Assembly: GCA_000934665.2 (NCBI GenBank)
Contig: KZ537962.1
Coordinates: 124,001 to 188,000 of the forward strand
From: Catajapyx aquilonaris
Lineage: Eukaryota
Reading direction: 5' to 3'
Length of the DNA stretch: 64,000 bases
Below the pieces are notes generated by a model. It had not been told where the DNA came from. It was given only the letters and a program-made list of their open reading frames with translations, and did no database searches. Below, one piece after another: positions 26,921 through 38,600 of the stretch (position 1 is its first letter; every line of letters starts with the position of its first letter). The translations under genes were made by a program, and so were the position numbers.

Positions 26921-28668
26921 GTTGGTCAAACCGAGGGCACACCGACCGACCTCGTCCAAGTCCCACCACAAAAAGGGTCGTCCACGTGTGCACACACACG
27001 CGCGCGCGCGCACATACACCCGGATCCTATCCTGCTCTTATCAACCACTTCAGGTGAGCATATCTATGGGTCACCCTTGGATGGCCCGTGACATCCGAAC
27101 TGGGTACGTCGTTTCTACTGCATGAGGCCGGGGTGAGGGTGGCCTGCAGGAGAGAGACAGAGGGGTGGGGGAGGGGTTCTTTGCCAATACCGGTGCTCCT
27201 GACCTAAATCATTGATATCTGCACGGAACGCTTTTAGTCGCCTTATGTCACGAGATTTCGGAGACCATTAATCGAGGGGGTTTACCCTGCCGGGGAGGAT
27301 GGCTCCTAACTTCCGCACTTTGGAGGCAATTTCGGGTGGATGCACAAATTGTCAATCCCTAAGTGCATGTTACAGGGCTGTGGTTAATCACTTATGGGCG
27401 ATCACGGGTTCTGACAAATATTGGCTGATGGACACCTCGTGCATTTGTGGATGAGTAATATTTCAAAAAGGAATTAGTAATAATCTTTGCGCTATGATGG
27501 CCAGGGCCTATGAGTGGTACCCTATAAATACTGTACGATATGCAGTCACCGCAAAGCAGCAGCCCTCTGAGGCAAAATATATGACGAGTTCAAATTGGTA
27601 TAAGTGCACTGGTGTTAAATGCTCATTTCCTATCAGGGCAGGCGAGAATAATACCACAGTGGAAGTATAAATAACTACAATACCACTTCTTTTGTAATGA
27701 CGGGAAGCTTCCTTGGAGGCATCTGCACTGTCTAACTTTGAAGTGAATAATAATTAATTACAAACACTGCAAATTACACTTCCTGTCTGCTTTAGGTCAG
27801 TACTTCCTTCCTTGATGATATGTCACTTCCTTGCTGACATAAAGGCCATTATAACTAACACAAATGCTGGTGGCTTGCCAACTACTACATAACATAAGAT
27901 GAGTTCACAGTTCAGTGTAAAGCAAATACACTTTTGATACTGAAAATTGTTAGTTGTTCCCATTAATATCATCTGAAGGCCAGGAATTCGAATCAAGTGC
28001 AACATCATACTTAAGGTCATGACCCTATGGCTGTCTCACTAGGGGTGTGCATATGTTCACTTTCTTCACTGATTCACCAATTCAACTGGTGAATCCTGAC
28101 CCTATTAACAGCCAGGATTCACATTAACAATATATTATGCTACTTAGGAGCAAGTACAATTGGGATAGGAGACAGACTAAGAGAGATACCAGTCTTTCCT
28201 CTCTTCTTTTTCCTCTTTGTTTCTCTCTCCATCTGTCCCACCTTTTTTATTCTGATAACAACATAGCCATAGTTGCGTGGCTCTTTATTACGCAAACAAA
28301 CCATAATTTTTACACCCTTCCAGTGCCTACATATGCAAGGGAATGAGCAGTTTTGCATTTGCATTTAATATTGCTTGAGATCTAACAAGATTTCGGTGTA
28401 ATTATCCACGCTCTTTTTTTCCCTGTGCGAAGAACGGGTACCGCTGCTAGTCAGATACATAAAGCTACAGATTATAAAGGATGTGTAATATACATTGTAA
28501 CAACTGGTACTGCACAGCCAACATCTGGTATTAAGTTTTGCATTGGATATCTTGGTGTATGGCTGTACAATGTATATTGACTGATTGATTGAGTGATATA
28601 TGACATTGGGAAGATGCCAAAGCAACGAAAGGTACCTAGCTACAAGGTGATAAGGATGGGGAAAGGAA

Positions 28669-28690
28669 GGGAGGGAGGGAGGGAGGGAGG

Positions 28691-28732
<42 letters not shown>
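28669..28732. repeat. (GGGA)n-(GA)n simple repeat
   Basis: Directly visible. Confidence 0.9.
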
Positions 28733-28735
<3 letters not shown>

Positions 28736-31544
28736 CAGCATATATTGCCTGATAAGTTATCTTCTAGGAAGCAAAATCCACCAGCGGCCTTTGCACTGGA
28801 AAACTTCATAATGCTCAATGAACTTTATCCTGAAAGGGCAAAACTCCACTCTATGATTGATGACTCCAATCAGATGATGACCTAACCACGCAAATGAGCA
28901 TGATCAAAGAACGAGTGTGTGCCCTCTTAAAATCTCACCTCAATAAACACAGCTTGATAGGTGCCATAATCAATTATAATCTGGTTGAGAACAAATAAAC
29001 CATAGTTTTTTCTCCCCACTATTTTTCAGTCAATGACCTAGGAATGTGTTCCTTAGTAGCCAACAAAGCAAGAGAAAAAAATCAGAAGCAAGTGCCAAGA
29101 GGACTTTAGATCCTTGCTCAGCAATTGCATCATTGAAAAAACAGGCAAAATGCGTCATGGTTAGTACAAAGCTTAAAGCATGCATTTGGTTAAAGTTGAC
29201 ACTAATAAATTAAAAAACCATGATGTGCAATAACCTGATCCATGTCACGTAACAACTTGTCCAAAGTGGGTCGCTCAACAAAACAAGGCTCAGGCATCTG
29301 TAACAGGTTGTAACCATTACTAAGCCTGATAAACACATTTGCCTATATTGAGTAATTCAAAATAATAAAAATCGGCAACATCCACTACATAAAATAAAAT
29401 TGTACAATGTAAAATTCTAACTAGATGCAAACTAATGGTGAAACAGCAAAGTACCACGTGTCAAAATAATAGAAATAGCACTGATACAGTTAAATTTGTA
29501 GCACCTTGGGAATAAATAATGGCAATGGTCTGAAAGTTACAGGTTTTCAAAAGTTATTTTAAATGTGCAGAATTTGGCCTTTGAAAAGTTCAAAAGCACC
29601 AGCAGCAACTTTGCACTGCCACCAGTTTACATCATGCAAACACCTTCATAATACCATCAAGAATACATCTATAAGCTCACATTTTATATTATGTACGTGT
29701 AAACATCGAAACCTTTTGAAACTGCCGTAATTCGTATCATCCAAAAAGCAATGAACAACATAAAAATTTCAGTTTCAGAAACAGTGTGGTCATAGGAATT
29801 TATACCTAAAGGCCTTGTACTGCAGGACTACCAAGTTTGGCTCCCTGGTGGGAGGAGCTTCTGTGTACAGAAAATGCTGCTAGCATCACTGACACCTCCC
29901 AACCCCAAGTCCTCAACAACCAATGCTTTCCTTGTTTCCCTCTCCTTCCCTCCCCTCATATTTTTTGGGACTTGTGCACAGGTACATTATTTTTTGCTTT
30001 TATCAGATTCAGTAGTCCTACACTAGAGAGCGTTCCAACCTTTGGAAGGTGAGCATAAATTCTATTCCATGAACTGTATTACTCCACAATCTGAAGCATG
30101 CTGGTAAAAATTGATTGGACCAGATTTTAGAAAACACACTGGTGGCTACATAGACATGCCTCTATAAGGAGGGGTCGACTGGTATAGAGTCAGGGATTTG
30201 CCAGTATTTTACCTGTGAAAAGTGTAATTTTTTGAGTTGTAACATGAAGAACTATACGGGTAATGTAGTTTAATGTCCTCTTCTCCCATCAGCATCACAA
30301 GCGAAGAATAGCTACTGCAAATGACTTGCCAAATTTCATTGTATTTATTGTATTGTTGGTTAACAACTGGCAACCTAGCAACCAACAATTCATTATAATT
30401 ACCTATGTGTCGAGACTTTTGGGTCACCCTGTACATTGTGTGCTCTCCTCCCCTCCATTATGTGAGAACTAAACAGTCAATATGATGGCACAAGGGTTAC
30501 TGGCAGTCCTGGCAAAACTATTATTGATGTTCCTACACTACCAGGGCAAGAGTAGTTTGAAAAAAAAACATACTGTAATTATTGTCCTGGTTTTATAGAG
30601 ACCCTCATGGTGTAGTTGTACGATGTATAAAATAATGTAACAATGGTACGGTAAGTGAACCACTGTAAAAAATAAATAAAAGGAAAACGTTTACTAGTGC
30701 TATGAATTTATTTATTAAGCCTCCTGTCAGTGTCTACATAATAAATTTTATATGTTTAAAAGTATTTGTATTTTTATTTGATTCTGAGTACTAGTAATTT
30801 TGAATGGAAGGAGAAAATCACACAAATTACCCCACTTTATATCGGCTGGCCAGTTCCCCGAGGTATACCGGTCCCCTGGTCAACCTCATTTTATACTGGC
30901 ATGCTGCAGATTGCAGTATACATATGGTAAAATTTTACTATTGTCGCAATGACTTGCTGGAGATACATGGCAAATAGAAGATAAATTGGTCAGTCTATTG
31001 GAACTAAACATTATTAAATTTCATGTACCAGTGCATAGCATATTATATGACCAGCTCTTGATGACTAATGAAGTGAAATGTGATCCAAAATTATAAGATC
31101 CCTTGAACTCCACATGTACTTAAATGTGACAACTCTGACAAGCTGAATTTCAGACAGCTTAATATTTTTTTGGTGATGCCATATCTACACATTTCCCCCC
31201 AAATTATTTCTCCCTGCTGATATCCGATGAAATATTCAAAGGCCTTTTGGGTGAAAATGAAAGATCTACAAACTAATCCTACTAACTTCTTGAATTGTGT
31301 GGTCAAGTACATGGTGGATTGTGGATCCTGATAATTAGAGATAATTTAGGGCCAAGATGTTACAACTGGCCACAACAAACGGTTGGTAATCAAAAGTTAT
31401 ATCTTAATGTTGCATTATCATGGCATACTTGAGATTTGAATTTGACATTTGAAATTATTTTGAAAATAAAAATTACCATACAATGGTGCACACAAGCTCT
31501 TTGGGTGCACATACACAATGAGAATATTATAATTTTTTACTCAC

Positions 31545-31781
31545 TCCTGCTGGAATGGTTGGTGGCAATATGTGGTATAATTCTTCCTGTTCTAATGTCT
31601 CTTCTCCATTTTCTGGCCTGACTCGTTTTCTTGATGATTTCCCATCACCATGGGCAGAAGTTGCTTCTGTAGAGTTGAATTCTTCCATGACTGGTTCACT
31701 TGATGATTTCCCATCACCATGGGCAGAAGTTGCTTCTGTAGAGTTGAATTCTTCCATGACTGGTTCACTTGCAATTTCCAT
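31545..31781 (-). CDS. PCYT1: Candidate distal first coding exon of PCYT1 (79 aa, contains RKRVRP)
   Basis: Acceptor TTCTTTTTGGTTTTCAG (exon starts 31824), ACCATGG start context, 237-nt open frame ending GCA GGA|GTGAGT in phase 0. Confidence 0.65.
31630..31767. repeat. Perfect 69-bp tandem duplication
   Basis: Two identical units (31630-31698, 31699-31767) encoding SEPVMEEFNSTEATSAHGDGKSS twice on the minus strand. Confidence 0.95.
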
Positions 31782-31976
31782 GGTCAAATTCCCACTACCA
31801 CATTAACGTAAAAAAATTTCAAATCTGAAAACCAAAAAGAACACGTAGGTATTAAAATGCTTGATATGAGTAAAGCTGAGTGTTATATCGACATTTGCCA
31901 TTTCCATAATTTTTAAAGAAATTTGCACTATCACATTGCAGTAATCCAATGTGGGAACACATACTTGGGGATAGCA

Positions 31977-32085
31977 CATTAGTGTAGTGGTTTCGAGACC
32001 ATGGCCTTCCACCTAAAAGTCCTGAATTTGATCACGAAACAGGAAATGGAAGCTTCTTATGTATAAAGAGGTGGTTTCCTCCATG
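31977..32085 (+). mobile_element. Degenerate SINE head (same family)
   Basis: TAGTGTAGTGGTT...GCCTTCCACCTAAAAGTCCTGAATTTGATC matches the SINE 5' end. Confidence 0.5.
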
Positions 32086-32830
32086 CCAATATGGAGGGTC
32101 ACATTTCGTATGTACTTTACATGACTACACTCAATAACTTTGTACTTTATATTGAAATTCCTCTTACAACTTGCAAGTGATTGTCACATGGCACAATAGG
32201 CTCTACAAACGAAACAATAGAAAGTGAATATAGAAAATATCATGTGATGAAACTAACCAACATTTCAAAGCAATTCTCAATTGAACATTTCACTTGTTGG
32301 ATAGAATATAAGAAAGGGAATAGCAAACATTTGCATTATTGCTGTTGGCATTATTATGGTAATTATTATTGTTGGTGGTAGCTTCATCTACTGCACAGAC
32401 ACCTCATGCATAAACAGTCTGTTTGGGGCAGTAGTCCTAGGCAGAGAGAGACTTTCCTATCTGCATCTTTCTCTTAGAAGGCCTATCCTGGCCTATCTCT
32501 CTCCATCTGTCTCATCTCTGCATCTTCCAGATAGCAGTAGTAGCATCTGGCTCTTTCCGTGTAAATAAACAACCCCAAAAATTGTGTCTGTTTGCGCCAC
32601 CCTCCTTCCAGCTGGCAGCCTAGTTAAAAAACTACTCCTGTACAAATCCTTTCTTGTGCAAGCAGGGAAGAGCTAGTACTGAATCAGCATGCTCATCAGC
32701 AGGCATTAACCTTGGGTCCGCTAAGGATGCTCCTTCCTGACATGCACGGAACACCACCATGATAATAGCTCACTTTTTCACCAACATGCAGGGCGGATAG
32801 GTACGGGTTGGGCAGCAGAACAGTTCTCAC

Positions 32831-33620
32831 CTGTTCCTTATTTGTTTCAGCAGCTGACCACGATCCGTCCCTCCCCACCCTCCCGAGCACCACAAGGTCT
32901 GTCACCCTCTTCTTCCACACGGAACAGACGTATGATGCACGTAGGGTGTTCAATGTCGGTCGGTAACGAGAATGGAAGAGAATGTGCCTGGTCAGGCGTC
33001 GGTGAGTCTGTGGTCGTCGGGCACTCCCTCCTTCCTCAGAGTCAGGCGCTCGAGTGACTGACGATGCGACACCAGCCTTGACCTGACCACCACTCACTCA
33101 CGCACTCACTCACTCGATTTCATCAGTTGGATGCTGGGAATGGATAGATGGAAGCAGGGATGGAGTGGTGGTGCTTGCAATCTCCCTGCGACTTACGTCA
33201 CTGCAATGTATGGAACGGGCAGTGGTGCACAGGGTGGTGGGAAGGAAGGAAGGGAAAGGAACCCGCCTGCTGAGTGCGGAGGACCTGCCTGCCTTGCCCA
33301 ATCCCACACTGCACACTCTGCAATGCGCGCAATGGGATCATCACGGCTGGTCAGCGGACGGAAAGGGCCGCCATGTTGCCACAGGCAATGGAACCGCGTG
33401 CCAAATACGAACTGCATATTTGCCATGCCACCCAAACGCGTGTTCGGCCCAAATGGGAGTAAACAAGGGTGACGGAAAAGTTACTGGACGCGCAATTGCT
33501 GCTGGCCACCGCACCACGGTCACCGCAAACCGTCCTCCCGCCCACGCCACGGGCTGTGTACCGAAACATCCAGGCTGGCCCTATACCGAGGAGCACCACG
33601 TCATCTAGTTACATCTTACG
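32831..33620 (-). promoter_or_regulatory. CpG-rich distal promoter and non-coding first exon (~32831-33060), probably PCYT1
   Basis: CpG-enriched; Inr-like TCAGTC on minus strand at 33056-33061; no ATG before the strong donor CAG|GTGAGA at 32830. Confidence 0.55.
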
Positions 33621-34218
33621 TTGTTTATGCCAGGAAATAGTGTCAAGAAACCTATTGGAAGCAACCATAAGCCTTTTCGTGACAACACCCAAAGCTCTTG
33701 GTCCGTAGCCCTGCAAAAATATACTAGTTCACCTATATTAGGCCACTAAAAATTCTAGTACAATAATATGGGTAGTTCTGGGGCCCCACATGTGCACATG
33801 AAAGGTGGCAAGACCATGCAGATGCAGTCATTACTCATTTGCTATTCATAAAATTAACATCGCATTACTTGGGTTATTAGCTCTTGCTTGGGTATATTGC
33901 TTCCAGGACAATATTTACATACAGGAAAGTTGCTGGATCAAGCTGCATCGAGAAGTTTCTGGTTGAAAAGGGCAGATTTGCATTTCCCCTTATCCCCATA
34001 CATTCACACTTCCATATTGCAGCAAAAACACAGAGGACTTTCCTGGAATTATCACACAAACCAACTTATTTTCATGGAAATATGTACGTATACAGTATAT
34101 GCATAGATTCATCGATTGCACCATATTCCTGATCATTTGGCTGAATAGAACATCCTCTATCAGATACACATGGGTTATTGCAGTGCACTATCATGTAAAT
34201 TGTAGAGGAACTAGACAA

Positions 34219-34572
34219 CTGATAAAACTTTTCAGATTTCGCAAGATGTAGTTCCTTTTCCTGCATGAGCTTGGAATTTTCAGTTTCATCAACACATTCT
34301 GCAATCTTGTACACAAAATTGTTGCATCTACTGCATGTGTCACTTCGAGGCGTGCCAAACTTTCAACTGTAATTCTGCACAAAAATCTTCCTGTAAACTT
34401 TGTAAATCACATGAAGTTCTGGCTTCCTTTCATCCTGTAACATTTTGTGCATGAGGCTGACTTAAAGCCTTTCAGGAAGGTAATACATAGGTGAATTTTT
34501 CTTGCACGACTAGTAAGACTCTCTAGCCTTGAAGGACATAACATGTTTCATGATGGCATCAACGACATTAGC
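34219..34572 (-). pseudogene. Sola1-like DNA transposase relic
   Basis: Minus-strand translation with in-frame stops: HVMSFKARESY*SCKKN...YLPERL*...YRKIFVQNYS*KFGTPRSDTCSRCN...ELHLAKSEKFY. This resembles, from memory, Sola1 motifs (SFP..ESHY, YLP..L, YR.IF...F..P.SDTC..C). Confidence 0.7.
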
Positions 34573-35604
34573 ACAGGTTGTCCCGGGGTAGTGCTTAAGG
34601 GTGTGTATCACCCCTGAGAGGGAATAGAGAGGAGGAGGAGGAAATCTCCTCTTTTCACACATGCAACTTTTTTCAGGTAGCCATTCATAGGAATACATTT
34701 TTATGTTGATTTATTAATATGATGATGATAATCATTGCTCTGAAAGCACAAAATGTGTCACAGTTCTGCCATCTCAAGGTACAACCCCCTGACTATATAA
34801 CCAGTACAGGTGAAGGCTGCGTGAATGCCCTGCACTAATCCCCCCTTATGGCAGAGTTGGTCCATGGCCTTAGGATTGGTCAGTTTCCCCAGTAACACTC
34901 ACATGGCACATTCAGAATAAGGATGCTAGCAAGGTGCCAGTGAAGACTGGGGGAATCACGGGCATATAACAGTATCACATCACTTGGAACAAAGATAAGA
35001 CTCTCCCTCAACGCTCAGCGACTTGATATGGTAATGGTAGATTAGGTTCAAAGCCTCGAGTATCGAGTACCTTGACTCTTGTGTACAGGACAGAGGATAG
35101 ACTAGTACTAAAAACTGAATATCAATAGTGTTCTATCGTCATATCTCTATGTTTATTATTTTATGGACATTTTCATAAACCATGATTCATTTTCATAGTG
35201 TGCCACAAACCGCCACAAATTGTCAACTACAAATACTTTAGAGGATGCACCCACTTTTCCATTTTGTCAGTATTGATTCAACTGTAGTCCTTGAACCCAA
35301 AAAGAAGTCCAAAATCGAACACCTTATTTTTTGTTCTTTGCCCCCTCTCATTAGAACATATTGTCAGAATTCCAGAAAAAAAGTAAATCATCACAGTCAT
35401 GCCTCTTCACTCCCATCTCAGAACAGAGCCGGAGAAAAGATATAGTCCCTCCTATGGAAAAAGACAAAAAAAAAATCAAGTTTGTGGAAACTTACAAGTC
35501 GAATCTTCGTAATGCGGAAAAATAAATATTTGCCCCCTACGAACCCCAGAAAGGAATGGGAAGAAGGGGAAGGACACACGATTATTCCACGTGCCAAGTC
35601 TCAA

Positions 35605-38600
35605 TCAGTGTGGGCTGTTAAGCACTTTCATCAGTGTTTGTTGCTGATCTGGTGAGAGTCTGTTGCAACATGCCTGGAACACTTCTGCATTCCCCTGAAA
35701 TTGAAAAGGCTTTTATTACACAACATGGAACACCTTCACATTGGGAAATACCATTCTTTGTTGCAGTTTCACACCATGCTTTCCCCCATGCTGTGGCACA
35801 TTCCATATTGTGCACGAGCCACCAATTTCAACTTTCTTGTGAATGGGGAAGTAGCCTTCATTTTGGAAACTACATAATAAATTCACCCATATTTTTTGGA
35901 TTTTTTTGGCGTATTCCGTTTTAAGATATCAGTTTCAGTTCCGGAGATATTGGCGTTTTTTCGTAGGCAAATGGTGACGTCACTGTTTGTCTCGAAAATG
36001 TTGACGTCACGCGAACTGAAATGAACGCAAAAATGATGTTATAGAACTCGCCCCGGCAGGGTCGTAAAATAATTCGTTGTACTGTGCTGGACGCGGCTGG
36101 ACATTTGAGCAGTCCGAGTGTTTACTTAGTTGCCAGGTAACGGGCGAGTTTTTACTCTAAGCCGCTCAAGCCGCTTTTTACGTGGCAGTGATGCCACCAG
36201 GTCGGAATTATCTGTCACCCGAATTCGGCACATGAAAGCCCCCTTTCTCCACCTCAATGGCCTACAGCCGCCTTGCGAATGCTTTCCGTCGTGTCCGCGG
36301 TTAATTTAAAGTCAAATTCCTCATATCTCGCAGTCAACCAGGCATTTCAGTGTACCCTATCGATTGGCACCACCCGGGCGCCCCGTTTTTCCCGCCAATT
36401 TTGAAGGCACTTTTAAATGTGCCGTAATTTATCCAGTATTGTCATTTTGATGCAACCGAGTGATGGAATGTATGTTTACAGGCATGGGCTAGCTAGTTAT
36501 GAACAAAAATCCCAAATCCCAGACCAAGGCTACTTCCCCATTGTTAATGAATCTGGTGTGGTTCGCATTAATTACCTGAATTTGTCTGACAATGTTGATC
36601 ATCCGTTTGGCAACCTCATGATCAGTGCCAATGGCTTCCCTTGCAAATGCTTCAGTGATGATGACAATGAGCTGAGGGAGATTGGCATTGTTTGGACCAA
36701 GTATGAGAGGATGGTTTGCTTCTATCAAGTCGCACAAGTAGTTGTATACATGGGGACACTCATCAACGTCCTCCCACACTGGCAGCCAGGTTAGCCTATT
36801 GACAAAAATGGATATTAGTTGTTACATTGATTAAATAAATTGTGTAGAATATATTTATCCCCTTATAGATTAGCTTATGCACCTATGCTTTAGGTATATA
36901 GTCTGGTGACCCGGGGTAGCTTGCCCCCTTGGGTAACTGGTTGTTTACTGCTATCCTTTTACATATGTTGCCATGGTGATTGCCCGAGGGCAAGCTTACC
37001 CGGGGTCACCAGACTAGGGGCCTAATTATTTTATAACGATTACATCCCTGACAACCAGGCTTTTCTGGGATGATCCTTTTCTTTCAAGAACTCCCATAGC
37101 CTTCAGTAACCAAAACAAACAAACTCAATAACAACATTATCTGGTTCCCAGGGTAAAATAAAAGCTCTGCTTGCTGGCGCAAACAACTCAAAAAAGCAAT
37201 AATAAAACCTCACCAGTGAGGCAAGATCTCATCAACGTTGATTGCGCTGTTGTTGTATTTGAGTATCTTGGTGACAGCAGCAATGGCATTTTCAGTGGGG
37301 TTAAGATTCTCCACAGATCTGGCCTCTGGATCATTGATGACCTCCACCAACCTCGGTATAGCTTGTGCACAGGCAGTTGCAAACCCACTGCCCCCACACT
37401 GGCCCAAAATCCCACATCCATATGCTGCTGCCTGCCTTACTTCTCCAACTTTGTCTCCCACATAGGTTAGGAGAGGCTGTAAGAAGTACTCCTGATATTT
37501 TATGCAAGCTGGGCCCCCAAACTCAATGGCATCATCAAATACACACAGGGCCCATTGACGGTCAGTCCATGTCTTGTCAGGGGCCTGAAAAAAGTCGATT
37601 GTGATATTATGAACAACAGTAATGATAGTAATTATGTGCATTCATTATGGGGAAGTAGCCTTGGTCTGGGATTTGGGATTTTTGTTCATAACTAGCTAGC
37701 CCATGCCTGTAAACATACATTCCATCACTTTGTTGCATCAAAATGACATTACTGGATAAATTACGGCACATTTAAAAGTGCCTTCAAAATTGGCAGGAAA
37801 AATGCGGCAGCCGGGTGGTGCCAATCGAAAGGGTACACTGAAATGCCTGGTTGACTGCGAGATATGAGGAATTTGACTTTGAATTAACCGCGGACACGAC
37901 GGAAAGCATTCGCAAGGAAGCTGTAGCCATAGAGGTGGAGAAAAGGGGCCTTCATGTGCCGAATTCGGGTGACAGATAATTCCTACCAGTTGGCACCACT
38001 GTCAGCACAGAAGCGACTTGAGCGGCCTGGAATAAATACGCGCCCCGGCCACTATCTTGCTCACGGAATGGGACGGTTGCTAACAACAGCAAAGCATTTT
38101 ACAACAATGACGGGGCGCGTTCTATAACACCATTTTTGCGTTCATTTCACTTCGCGTGACGTCAACATTTTCTAGGGAAACAGTGACGTCACCATTTCCC
38201 TACATAAAAACCCCAATTACTCCGGAACTGAAACAGATATCTTAAAACGGAATATGCCAAAAAAATCCAAAAAATATGGGCGAATTTATTATGTAGTTTC
38301 CAAAATGAAGGCTACTTCCCCATTGTGAATCATGTAAATGGTAAAACTCGTAATCTTAAATTTGGAGGAATAAAAACTGAATGTGCCAATGCACTAAATA
38401 ATTTTGTTTCTGTACGGTGCTATAATTATTTCTTAACGTGCCATTATACTACGCTTACCATGAGTTGGACAAAATGTGGAAGGAGGGAGTCAAAATATGG
38501 GAAAAAGGCGTCCTTGTAGGTGACAAAGAGGGCATGAATGACATCAGCTGCTTTACTGAGGAGATACACATCTTCATCGTCCTCATTGAGCAACTGCTCC

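Noticed and set aside
30405..30436. Tc1-like terminus TACAGGGTGACCCAAAAGTC (minus strand)
   Set aside because: Only one end was found, so no element can be delimited.
32696..33708. Multiple overlapping ORFs
   Set aside because: Explained by GC/CpG-rich promoter DNA; no protein similarity.
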